Part shown: piece by piece, positions 25,050-34,648 of the stretch
Layout of the letters: every line of letters begins with the position of its first letter
How positions within the stretch are numbered: the stretch's first letter is position 1
Translations under genes and position numbers: made by a program
Notes under the pieces: model-generated
Databases searched by the model: none
Told to the model about the DNA's origin: nothing
The model's input: the letters and a program-made list of their open reading frames with translations, nothing else
Origin: Mytilus edulis
Taxonomy: Eukaryota
Length of the DNA: 64,000 bases
NCBI RefSeq assembly: GCF_963676685.1
Contig: NC_092347.1
Location: forward strand, 12,028,001-12,092,000
Reading direction: 5' to 3'

Positions 25050-26372
25050 ATGGCTAAAATAAATCCTGAAACATTTCATGAGCTGCAACCAAGTCAGTTG
25101 TCTTTATTCAATCTACCAGGTCATCAAACTGCAGTCACAAGAATCACATATGAACATATTCGACCAGCTGCAACTTTTACAAAGACATCGCCAATAGAGT
25201 TTCACATATCTGGTGGAACAGAGTATCTAGACTTAAGTAAATCAACAATGCATGTACGTCTAAGACTTAAAAGAGGAGATGGAACCATAGCAGATAGCAG
25301 TGACGTTAATTGCGGGCCTGTGAACTATGTTTTGCATGCATTATTTAATCAAATAGATGTTTTAATTCAAAATAAAATTGTCACATCTTCAACAGGATTT
25401 TACCCTTACAAAGCTTATATGCAAACTTTATTGAAATATGGGAAAGAAGCTAAAGAATCGCAGCTCTCAAGTCAATTATGGATAGACGATCATCAAGGAA
25501 CATTGGATGATGCAGATTGTAACACAGGATCAAATCTTGGGCTCTACAGAAGAACAGCATACATAAAAAATGGTAAAACTGTTGATCTTGAAGGAAACAT
25601 TTTCCATCCCCTGTTTTCAATGAATCGTTACATATTAAATCAAGTAGGAGTTACTGTGAAATTCTACAGATCGAGACCAGAATTTTATCTAATGTCGGTT
25701 GATGAAGATGCTGATTATTACCTTGAGATTGAAGATATGTATCTATCAATAGCAAAGATCCACGTTCACCCCGGCATTGTATATGGCCACGATTCTATAC
25801 TCAGGACAGTAAACGCTAAATATCCCATTGTGCAAAATGATGTTCGCACAATTTCACTTCCAGCTGGTCAAATAAGTTTTAACTTCAACAACATATTCCA
25901 GAATAATAGACCCAATAAGGTATTGATAGCCTTTACGGGGAGTCAAAACATAGCAGGTGACTACTCACTATGTCCGTGGACATTCAAACATTGCCACCTA
26001 AGTGAAATAAATCTTAAAGTTGAGGGAGTGCCAGTTTCCGGGAATCCTGTCAGAGTAAAATTTGACTCGTCAAGTGGAGAATCATCCATTGTTGCATTTC
26101 GCAATCTATTTGAGGTTGCTGGGAAAACTCTGCAAGACTGTGGTAATGGATTAAACAGAGACAGTTTTTCTGAAGGATATGCCTTGTATGCCTTTCAACT
26201 GGAACCAATTTTTGAAGGTTTAGATTATTTAACATTGAAAAGGAATGAACGTGTCAATTTGGAATGCACATTTGATTCTCCCCTCACTGAACCAACAACT
26301 ATAATCATTTATAGTGAATTTAGTGGATATTTTGAAATAACTCAAACTCGAGACATCATAATTCAAGAATGA
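25050..26372 (+). CDS. MCP: Major capsid protein (double jelly-roll, PY)
   Basis: 440 aa with QLSLF.LP..QTAV, PIEFHI.G..YLDL, PVN..LHALFNQIDV, YPYKAYMQTLL, GYALYAFQL and IIIYSEF, typical of Polinton MCP. Confidence 0.93.
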   Translation: MAKINPETFHELQPSQLSLFNLPGHQTAVTRITYEHIRPAATFTKTSPIEFHISGGTEYLDLSKSTMHVRLRLKRGDGTIADSSDVNCGPVNYVLHALFNQIDVLIQNKIVTSSTGFYPYKAYMQTLLKYGKEAKESQLSSQLWIDDHQGTLDDADCNTGSNLGLYRRTAYIKNGKTVDLEGNIFHPLFSMNRYILNQVGVTVKFYRSRPEFYLMSVDEDADYYLEIEDMYLSIAKIHVHPGIVYGHDSILRTVNAKYPIVQNDVRTISLPAGQISFNFNNIFQNNRPNKVLIAFTGSQNIAGDYSLCPWTFKHCHLSEINLKVEGVPVSGNPVRVKFDSSSGESSIVAFRNLFEVAGKTLQDCGNGLNRDSFSEGYALYAFQLEPIFEGLDYLTLKRNERVNLECTFDSPLTEPTTIIIYSEFSGYFEITQTRDIIIQE

Positions 26373-26836
26373 ACACTATGCAATTGGAGTGTATGATTAA
26401 TTGTGATGAACTAATGAAGGATAAAATTGTTGGTATATTTGCAGCAGATCAGATACCTAAGATAGTGAGAAATCGACCCATGGGATTTATTTGTAACACT
26501 GAAAATCATTTTGAGAATGGTGCACACTGGATCGCCTTTTTCATAAATGAGGAACGAAGAGGGATATTTTTCGACAGCTTCGCACACTCTCCCGATTATT
26601 ATTCACGTCACTTCTTAAAATTCTTTGAACACAATGCGATATCTCTGGAAATAAATCAAAAACGATTACAGAGTGAGAATTCATCAGTATGCGGTCAATA
26701 TTGCATTTTCATCTTATCACTCTTATGTAGAGAGTATGATCTAACTAACATTCACGATTTTTTCAGTGATAATCATCAAGCAAACGACATCTTTGTTTTC
26801 AATGTGATTGGTAAAACCTATTCACACTGCATATGA
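26369..26836 (+). CDS. PRO: Adenain-like (C5) capsid maturation cysteine protease
   Basis: NT..GAHWIA (His), FFDSF (Asp), LQS..SSVCGQYC (Gln/Cys). Confidence 0.95.
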   Translation: MNTMQLECMINCDELMKDKIVGIFAADQIPKIVRNRPMGFICNTENHFENGAHWIAFFINEERRGIFFDSFAHSPDYYSRHFLKFFEHNAISLEINQKRLQSENSSVCGQYCIFILSLLCREYDLTNIHDFFSDNHQANDIFVFNVIGKTYSHCI

Positions 26837-26898
26837 AAAAGTGTTTAAAATGATGAGACACATGGTAACAATCATCATTCGAGCAAGAGGTGATCATC

Positions 26899-27540
26899 AT
26901 GAGTTTGGTGAAATTTCAAACACCCATGACTTCAATATGTGTCGGTCCAACGGGTTCAGGAAAAACTACATACATTAAAAGATTATTAGAGAACGCTCAG
27001 GAAATGTTTACAATACCACCTCAGAAGATATACTACTGTTACAGCATATGGCAAGATGTCTTCGATGAATTGAAAAAAACTGTCTCCAACATTTCATTTC
27101 AACTGGAACTGCCTGATGAAAGTGATTTTCTTGTTGATAAGGATATACACACATTATGGATCATTGATGATAAAATGGATGAAGTAGTGGACTGTAAACT
27201 GATGCAGAAGATTTATTGCGTTTTAAGTCATCACACCTTAACATCAATTATTTTTATACTACAAAATTTATATCAGAAGGGGAAGGTTATGCGATCAATC
27301 AGTTTGAATTCTCACGTCTTTTTTCTTTTCAAAAATGGTAGAGATTCACTGCAAATACAATCTTTAGCTCGACAAATGTTTCCAGGTCAAGTTCGCTTTT
27401 TCATGGACGTTTACCAACGTGCAATTAGCAGACCATACAATTGCTTGATAGTGGATATTGCACCAGGTTCAAACCCTGAATATCAGTTGCGCGCAAATCC
27501 TTTTCCGGGGGAGGACACGATTGTTTATCAACCAAAATGA
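26899..27540 (+). CDS. ATP: A32/FtsK-HerA-type genome packaging ATPase
   Basis: Walker A GPTGSGKT, Walker B WIIDD, followed by HH..SIIFILQNL and RSISLNSH. Confidence 0.95.
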   Translation: MSLVKFQTPMTSICVGPTGSGKTTYIKRLLENAQEMFTIPPQKIYYCYSIWQDVFDELKKTVSNISFQLELPDESDFLVDKDIHTLWIIDDKMDEVVDCKLMQKIYCVLSHHTLTSIIFILQNLYQKGKVMRSISLNSHVFFLFKNGRDSLQIQSLARQMFPGQVRFFMDVYQRAISRPYNCLIVDIAPGSNPEYQLRANPFPGEDTIVYQPK

Positions 27541-27878
27541 TTTTAAAAGAATCAAGTAGAAGCTTCCTTAAATTATTGGCGAACACTACACCTGAACAAT
27601 CTGCTCAAATCATAAAAAGCACGGACCACAGACAATTACAACTATTAGTAGAAATAGTATTCAACTGTCTAAAAAGCGTCATACCATTGTCTGAGAGGGT
27701 TAAAAGGAATCTTTCAACTTTTGCAAAGTTCATTCGTGCTGTGGTAGTTAATAATATAACACCTCAGTTGAGGAGAAAACGTTTACTGAAGATAATTGTT
27801 ATTATTCCAACATTGATATCATCTTTTTTCAAATACTATGACTCGGGAGTTAATACTATTACCCAAGGAGAAATATGA
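27537..27878 (+). CDS. Small helical basic Polinton protein with hydrophobic C-terminal segment
   Basis: LKLL..EIVFNCL..IPLS..L..F..FIR..RRKRLL resembles small conserved Polinton morphogenesis ORFs. ATGA overlap with the ATPase. Confidence 0.7.
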   Translation: MILKESSRSFLKLLANTTPEQSAQIIKSTDHRQLQLLVEIVFNCLKSVIPLSERVKRNLSTFAKFIRAVVVNNITPQLRRKRLLKIIVIIPTLISSFFKYYDSGVNTITQGEI

Positions 27879-28233
27879 AAGATTGATGAATATGTCCAAC
27901 CAATGTGAAATTGTTAATGTGAAAGAAAAAGAAAAGGAATATGATGGTAAAGATAGTGACAGTATAAAAACAGAAATAAACCTAGAAGAAGATGTAACCA
28001 AACAACATGGTAGTGGTCAGGTTTTGCAAAAAACAGAATTGAAAAATTTAAAAGAAACTGTAGATCGATCAAAATCAGACAATCAAGAGGAAAATAGGAT
28101 GGATGTTGATGAATATGATGGTGCAGCAGAGGGTAAAGCTATCAAGATGTCTCCTGAAAAATTCTTAAGAAATGTGGAAAAATCGCAAAATCGCAAAAGA
28201 TTAAAGAGTAAATGGTTATCATTTCATTTGTAA
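27838..28233 (+). CDS. Polinton hypothetical protein (131 aa)
   Basis: N-terminal LILLPKEKYERL, C-terminal KWLSF, internal QHGSG. Followed by AATAAA at ~28371. Confidence 0.7.
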   Translation: MTRELILLPKEKYERLMNMSNQCEIVNVKEKEKEYDGKDSDSIKTEINLEEDVTKQHGSGQVLQKTELKNLKETVDRSKSDNQEENRMDVDEYDGAAEGKAIKMSPEKFLRNVEKSQNRKRLKSKWLSFHL

Positions 28234-28473
28234 TGAAGAAGTGGATTATTTAAAACTATTGGAGACTTCAATCAATCACTTGTATTTTTCTTTAAATTTG
28301 TCTATATTTATATATGTATATAATATATTGTCTATTTGTATATTTACACTGTGTACCTTTAAATTTAATTAATAAAATAAATATTTAGATAACATATGTT
28401 CGCCTATTAGTTCTAGTCCACGATCGCGTAGTATATATAAAACGTTGAAAGTGCTATTGATATCACAATTGTC

Positions 28474-31400
28474 ATGGCTGATGATCATTTCTGCGAGGAT
28501 TTATTGCGTCTTTATCCTGACAGTAACCCTCAATATCAACAGCAGTTGCGAGAGTTAAATGATCGATTGAGTGTTGATAATGACAACAGATCAAATCTTA
28601 CGGTTAAGGTCTATTCATGTTATTATTGTAAACTTCTGTTTGATCACCCTTCCAAACTGAAGAGACACCAGAGAAACAGTTGTACATTTCCATGTCGACA
28701 ATGTGATAGACATTTTGATTCAGCGGAAAATTTGTTTAAACATAGCAACATCGATCATACAACTTATCAGACTGGTTCAGGAAACACTGATTCAAATTCA
28801 CATACTACAATCAAACATAAAAGTGTGGATAAGTCTGCTCTCTTGGGAATAGCACGAGCTCGTTTCATTTATCCGAATGAGGATAATGGGGAAAAGTATG
28901 ATCTTCTAGCATTTTTATCTGGAATTAAGCATGAGGTAAAAACTCATTTACAAGAGATGTGTGATGAACTCGGTCATATTAAGTGGTATATGAATTGTCT
29001 TGTGCAAATGATCAAGCCGAATGGAGGTGAAGGTGGTAATGATTTAAAGAATAATGCACATTTTATCTCGAAGACATCGAATCTAGTTGATAGAGCAAAT
29101 ATAGATGATGAACATGATATTAATGTGACATATCAAAAAATATTCAAAAGTTTTGATGAGTATATACGAAATGGGAGCGGTTGGTCATTAGATCATATTA
29201 AACACATTGAGATTAATACAGCTAAATATAAACCTTTAGGCGGTGGATCGTATATACCCCTACCAAGAACTCTTGCTGCAACCAGAGCGTTACTCAACAT
29301 AAGAAACTTAGATGAAAAATGTTTTGTATATGCTATTATAGCATCCATACATCCTACGTGTTCAGGTGACCCTTCTAAAGTGCATCACTACATCCCATAT
29401 GAACATGAATTGAACATGGAAGGTATACAATTGCCCGTTGCACCATCATTTGTGAGTAAATTTGAAAGGCAGAATAACATTTCAGTAATGGTGTTAGGAT
29501 TTGAAGAGGGTGAATTTTTCCCCCTCCATGTAACAGGTCTAAGAGAAGCTCATCATGAAGTTGACTTATTGTATTTGAAAAGTGGGAATAAAAGTCACTG
29601 GTGTTTGATTACAGATCTCAATAGACTTTTATATCGAACAAAATGCTTGGGACGCAGTCATAAGTATTGCAGATTCTGTTTATCAGGTTTCACCAGTGAA
29701 CATACTTTAGAGAAACATATAAAATACTGCTCAAAATTTGAAGCTCAACATGTGACATATCCCACCAAGGGGGTAGACGATATACTAACATTTCAAGATC
29801 ACGCCAAACAGTTACAAACATCATTTGTTATTTATGCTGACATGGAAACATTTTGCGAACCTATGGTTACTGAAGAGCCAGAAGATAATCGAACCAGCAC
29901 AACGAAATTAACAAAGTTGATACCATGCGGGTACGGTTATCAAGTTGTTTGCATCGATGACAGATACACTCAACCACCTAAAATATATAGAGGTGAAAAT
30001 GTTAGTGAACACTTCCTTCATAGTCTTCTTGACGAAAATAAACGTATAAAGGCTATTTTGAACAATCCTGAACCCTTGTGCATGACTGTTGAAGATGAGG
30101 AAGATTTTCAATCAAGTACACATTGCCACATTTGCATGGAAGAATTTACAGATTCCACTATCCGCGTTCGAGACCATGCACATGTTTCAGGTAAATTTCG
30201 TGGCGCTTCATGCAGAGATTGCAATCTTAATTTTAAAGAACACACATTCGTGCCAGTTATATTTCATAACCTGAAACAGTTTGATGCACATTTAATCTGT
30301 TCCTCGATAGGTATTTTCAAGAGTGAAGAAATTGGCTGCATAGCCACGAATGCAGAAAAGTACATCAGTTTCAACCTATCCAATCTGCGCTTTATCGATT
30401 CATACCAGTTTTTGAATTGTTCACTAGAGGAATTGGTATCGTCAATGTCTAAGGAGAATCCGAAAGAAACATTTAAACATTTTACAAAAGAATTTGATGA
30501 TGATAAGCGGATTGCTCTTTTGTTGAAAAAAGGAACATATCCTTACGAATACATTGACAATGCAGCAAGGTTCAATGAAACTGAATTACCCTCTATAGAC
30601 AAATTCTACAGCAATTTATCAGAGAAAACAATTAGTCAAACCGAGTATGAACATGCGCAACGGGTATGGAATCAAATGAATATTAAGAATATAGGCGAAT
30701 ATCACGATCTTTATCTAAAAACTGACGTTCTATTATTAGCTGATGTATTTGAAACTTTCAGGAAGAAGTGGATAACGAACTATTCCCTCGACCCTGCAAA
30801 TTATTACACTCTTCCAGGGCTTTCCTGGCAATCTGCATTGAAAATGACTGGTGTGAGACTTGAGCTATTGACAGATCCTACAATGTGGCTCTTCTTTGAG
30901 CAGAGTATACGAGGAGGTTTAACAATGGTGAGCTGCAGACATGCAAAAGCAAACAATCCCTACTTGAGCAATTATGATCCAGCTTTACCAACTTCATACT
31001 TGATGTATGTAGATGCGAACAATTTATACGGTTTAAGCATGAGCATGCCATTAGCTGTGGGGAAATTCCAGTGGTTGTCAGAAGAGGAAATAAACGATTT
31101 CAATGTCTTAAATGTATCCAATAACGCTGACATCGGATATGTCATTGAATGCGATTTGGATTACCCAGATAACTTACACGATCTTCACAATGATTTTCCT
31201 CTTGCAGTTGAAAAAGGAGTGATAACAAATGAAATGCTTTCACCTCATTCACGTCATCTGTATGAGCAAGCAAATGATGATGGGAAAGAATACCAACCGA
31301 GCACCAAATTGCTAGCTACTTTGAAAGATAAAAAGCATTACATCTTGCACTATGTGAATCTAAAGTTATACCTCAAACTAGGTTTGGTTTTGAAGAAGAT

Positions 31401-32277
31401 TCACAATATAGTTTCATTTGAACAGCGTCCATGGTTGAAACAGTATATTGACTTCAATACCGAAATGAGGAAAAAGGCTACTAGCAATTTCGAGCAAAAA
31501 CTTTTTAAAAATGGCAACAATGCTATTTTCGGTAAATCAATGGAATCGTTGCGGAAACATATCAACTTCTCTCTCTGTCATAGGTGGGATAAGTTTCAAA
31601 AACTTACTGCAAAATCATCATTTAAAAGCTTTAAGATATTCAACGACCACTTGTGCGGCGTGCTACAAACCAAAACAAAAATTTTCTTCAACAAACCAAT
31701 TTACCTAGGACAAATGATTCTCGATCTGTCAAAGGCGCACATGGTTGATTACTACTACAACCACATGAAAAAACTATACAAGGAGAATGTAACATTATGT
31801 TACACAGATACTGACAGTTTCATTATGCATGTGAGAACTGATGACATATATAGAGACATGTCGTTAAACAGTGAGCTATATGACTTTTCAAATTATCCAG
31901 CTGATCACCCTCTTTACACCAAAGACAGGAAATCGATTATTGGTTTATTCAAAGATGAATGCAAGTCCATTCAAATGGTGGAATATATCGGACTAAGAGC
32001 AAAAATGTATAGTTTTATCACCGCAGACGACAAGGAAACTGTAGTAGCAAAGGGTATTAAAACCCGAAATGTTAGATTCGAACAATATAAAAACACCTTG
32101 TTCAATTGTTCTCCACTACTCTCGCATATGTACACTTTGAGAAGTTTCAACCATCAGATTCACATGGTGAAGGTTGTGAAAAGTGGACTATCACCATATG
32201 ATGACAAGAGACACTTGCTGGATGATAATGTGCATTCGCTAGCATATTTTCATAGAAAATTAAAAGAAAAACATTAA
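28474..32277 (+). CDS. pPolB: Protein-primed family B DNA polymerase (Zn fingers, terminal-protein region, OTU-like protease, exonuclease with EndoVII/HNH-like insert, polymerase)
   Basis: ExoI YADME, ExoII FHNLKQFD, ExoIII YLKTD; Pol A YVDANNLYG, B KxxNNAIFGK, C YTDTDS. DEKCF..SHWCLI OTU-like dyad. CHIC..RDHAH..G.FRG..C..CN insert. Confidence 0.98.
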   Translation: MADDHFCEDLLRLYPDSNPQYQQQLRELNDRLSVDNDNRSNLTVKVYSCYYCKLLFDHPSKLKRHQRNSCTFPCRQCDRHFDSAENLFKHSNIDHTTYQTGSGNTDSNSHTTIKHKSVDKSALLGIARARFIYPNEDNGEKYDLLAFLSGIKHEVKTHLQEMCDELGHIKWYMNCLVQMIKPNGGEGGNDLKNNAHFISKTSNLVDRANIDDEHDINVTYQKIFKSFDEYIRNGSGWSLDHIKHIEINTAKYKPLGGGSYIPLPRTLAATRALLNIRNLDEKCFVYAIIASIHPTCSGDPSKVHHYIPYEHELNMEGIQLPVAPSFVSKFERQNNISVMVLGFEEGEFFPLHVTGLREAHHEVDLLYLKSGNKSHWCLITDLNRLLYRTKCLGRSHKYCRFCLSGFTSEHTLEKHIKYCSKFEAQHVTYPTKGVDDILTFQDHAKQLQTSFVIYADMETFCEPMVTEEPEDNRTSTTKLTKLIPCGYGYQVVCIDDRYTQPPKIYRGENVSEHFLHSLLDENKRIKAILNNPEPLCMTVEDEEDFQSSTHCHICMEEFTDSTIRVRDHAHVSGKFRGASCRDCNLNFKEHTFVPVIFHNLKQFDAHLICSSIGIFKSEEIGCIATNAEKYISFNLSNLRFIDSYQFLNCSLEELVSSMSKENPKETFKHFTKEFDDDKRIALLLKKGTYPYEYIDNAARFNETELPSIDKFYSNLSEKTISQTEYEHAQRVWNQMNIKNIGEYHDLYLKTDVLLLADVFETFRKKWITNYSLDPANYYTLPGLSWQSALKMTGVRLELLTDPTMWLFFEQSIRGGLTMVSCRHAKANNPYLSNYDPALPTSYLMYVDANNLYGLSMSMPLAVGKFQWLSEEEINDFNVLNVSNNADIGYVIECDLDYPDNLHDLHNDFPLAVEKGVITNEMLSPHSRHLYEQANDDGKEYQPSTKLLATLKDKKHYILHYVNLKLYLKLGLVLKKIHNIVSFEQRPWLKQYIDFNTEMRKKATSNFEQKLFKNGNNAIFGKSMESLRKHINFSLCHRWDKFQKLTAKSSFKSFKIFNDHLCGVLQTKTKIFFNKPIYLGQMILDLSKAHMVDYYYNHMKKLYKENVTLCYTDTDSFIMHVRTDDIYRDMSLNSELYDFSNYPADHPLYTKDRKSIIGLFKDECKSIQMVEYIGLRAKMYSFITADDKETVVAKGIKTRNVRFEQYKNTLFNCSPLLSHMYTLRSFNHQIHMVKVVKSGLSPYDDKRHLLDDNVHSLAYFHRKLKEKH

Positions 32278-32534
32278 TACAATTGTAAATTGAAAAAAAA
32301 ATCCATATCCGTAATAAATTCAAGAAAAAGAAAACACACTGTACAATAATTATATAATATTTTATTTCATGTAAATAAATATATGATTTTATAATAAAAT
32401 ATATCAACATATTTAAGTTTTATCCGTTTGCTATCAACCTGGGGAAGTGAAATACATAGGGCAATGGGGAGTAGCATGGTAAAATGGCGACTTTAACTTA
32501 AAAACCCCAATGAAAATACATAACTTTAAAACCC

Positions 32535-33051
32535 AAATGGACCTTCAAACAAACTTCAAACATAATGACAATAGGACAATGGGGAATAACACCTTCAAAC
32601 ATTAAGGCAATAGGACAATGGGGAATAACACCTTCAAACATAGGACAATGTGAAATAACACCTTCGAACATTAGAACAATGGGGAATAGCACCTTCAAAC
32701 ATTAGAACAATGGGGAATAACACCTTCAAACATTATGTCAATGGGGAATAACACCTTCAAATGGGGAATAACACCTTCAAACACACCAGTGAAATACATT
32801 GGACAATGGGGAATAACACCTTCAAACACGATGAAAATATTACAAATAAATTTTAGATTAAAATATAAGAGACATATTCTTTGGTAAATTAAACACAATT
32901 ATGAAAATGGGGAATTACACCTTCAAACGCACCAGTGAAATACATTGTGCAATGGGGAAAAAGACCTTCAAACACGATGAAAATATTACAAATAAATTTC
33001 TTAAATTTTAGATTAAAATATATGAGACATATTCTTTGGTAAATTAAACAC
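32535..33051. repeat. Array of ~10 copies of CAATGGGGAATAACACCTTCAAAC with variable spacing, between convergent genes
   Basis: Copies at ~32577, 32616, 32646, 32677, 32708, 32739, 32761, 32804, 32906, 32950. A ~135-bp block is duplicated (32761-32896 vs 32908-33051). Confidence 0.92.
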
Positions 33052-33478
33052 GTGAAAATCGCATGTTTAATATTTTCCTTAAAATATCGGAAAAGTTCTC
33101 CCTATTGAACGAAAGTCCGAGTGAATTTAAAACAGACCCTGGGACGTTCTTTAAATGAATGAATATCTCTTCAGATGTGAAATGGCTGCATTCCCTTATC
33201 ATTTTATTTAATTGATATCTTTGATCAAAAATTTCCTCGGCAGCATTAAACACATCTAATTCGGCAAATCCAGGATTTAAAACAAATTGAAAGTCTGCAT
33301 AATCCATAAAAATAATTAAAATTGGTGAGGGAATTTTACAAAAAAAATCTCTCATTTGAATATCACATTTTGTTGTTAATTTATTATAAATACATGCAAC
33401 AGATAAAGTTCTTAATGAAGGTGGAGCTGACCGCTTTCGTTTTTCACTCAGTGTCTTTTTTTCTACTTCTTCTCCCAT
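33044..33478 (-). CDS. Polinton accessory protein with NLS and BC-box/cullin-box (SOCS-box)-like motif
   Basis: KRKR followed by PPSLRTLSVACI and FFCKIPSPIL. Splice acceptor (TTTCTTTTAG) 23 nt upstream of the ATG. Confidence 0.65.
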   Translation of the reverse strand: MGEEVEKKTLSEKRKRSAPPSLRTLSVACIYNKLTTKCDIQMRDFFCKIPSPILIIFMDYADFQFVLNPGFAELDVFNAAEEIFDQRYQLNKMIRECSHFTSEEIFIHLKNVPGSVLNSLGLSFNRENFSDILRKILNMRFSRV

Positions 33479-33625
33479 TGTCCTTTTTCTGTTCTGATTG
33501 GCTAAAAGAAATAAATAAGATACATAAACTCTAGTAAAATAGTTTTCACATCATAAATCTACAGATACATGCATGAAAACAAATGAACAAAGTGCGACAC
33601 CTGTATTAAGAAATTGGATTTCATA

Positions 33626-34123
33626 ATGGAGATTTCTAAAATAAATGAAAAGGATGAATTGAGTAGTGCAAATGTGGAAGAATATTCACTTAAAATGACA
33701 GATGAGCATGATTACAATTTTATCAATATGGATACAGCTGAAATCAGTGACCAGTTTCCACAACTGCACTGGCTTGGTGCAAAGATGAAAATTGTCGGAT
33801 TGTTATTCTGTTCGATAACTCTAGCAGTTATATTAATAAATGGGCCATTAAACAGTGAAAATGATCCTCCATTCATATCTGATGATGTTAAACGAAACAG
33901 TAGCGGAAACGATTTATTTTGTAATAAAATGGACACTTTTGCTTTATCTGAAGATATTTTTGTAAATACATGTATATTGAATAGTGAACTGTTTGTATTA
34001 TTGAGAAATGATCCTCTTAGAAATGAGATCGCTTTAAATCAAAGGCAATGGTTTTATCTTAAAGCGAGTATTTCACATATTGATAAATCAATCTTTGATT
34101 GGAAAAATGTTGCTAAGTTATAA
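33626..34123 (+). CDS. Membrane-anchored or secreted PC4-fold-like protein
   Basis: Hydrophobic MKIVGLLFCSITLAVILING, then FALSEDIFVN..LFVLLR..IALNQRQWFYLKASISHIDKSI, resembling PC4 [22 protein letters not shown]. Confidence 0.65.
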   Translation: MEISKINEKDELSSANVEEYSLKMTDEHDYNFINMDTAEISDQFPQLHWLGAKMKIVGLLFCSITLAVILINGPLNSENDPPFISDDVKRNSSGNDLFCNKMDTFALSEDIFVNTCILNSELFVLLRNDPLRNEIALNQRQWFYLKASISHIDKSIFDWKNVAKL

Positions 34124-34201
34124 ATGATTTCTATCCTAACTATTGTATATAAGAACATATTAGAAACAGAATAAAAATTTGATCACTTACTGGTGTTATC
34201 T

Positions 34202-34434
34202 TCACTCGCCATCTTCAACTGCTTCAGAAAGTATGAATCCAGCTCCAGCTGTTTTCTTTTTCTTCTTTAGCCCCTTGAACGGGCCAGATTCTGCTGCAAC
34301 AATCACCTTTCTGACGTCCGACTCTGACACTCCCGCCTCCTCATCGCTATCGCTGATAGCAATCACCTTTCTCTAAAATAAGAATATCATAATATAGAAA
34401 ATCATCTTAAAATTTTAAAGTTATTTCAATGTTT

Positions 34435-34470
<36 letters not shown>

Positions 34471-34616
34471 CTTTTTATGGTACATTTAATTGGATAATTA
34501 CTTTAAATTCATAAACTTGAAAATTATAACTACTTATTTTGATTTACATAGAAAAAAAAAAACAAAAGTTGTTTTACCTTTCTTTTCAAAGTAACTTTTT
34601 TTACTTCTTCTTCTTC

Positions 34617-34648
<32 letters not shown>

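Noticed and set aside
32498-32898. CRISPR-like look of the 24-bp repeat array, and the ORFs reading FEGVIPHCP
   Set aside because: The linkers are short, unequal and related to each other, there are no cas genes, and the context is eukaryotic. The ORFs are just translations of the repeat.
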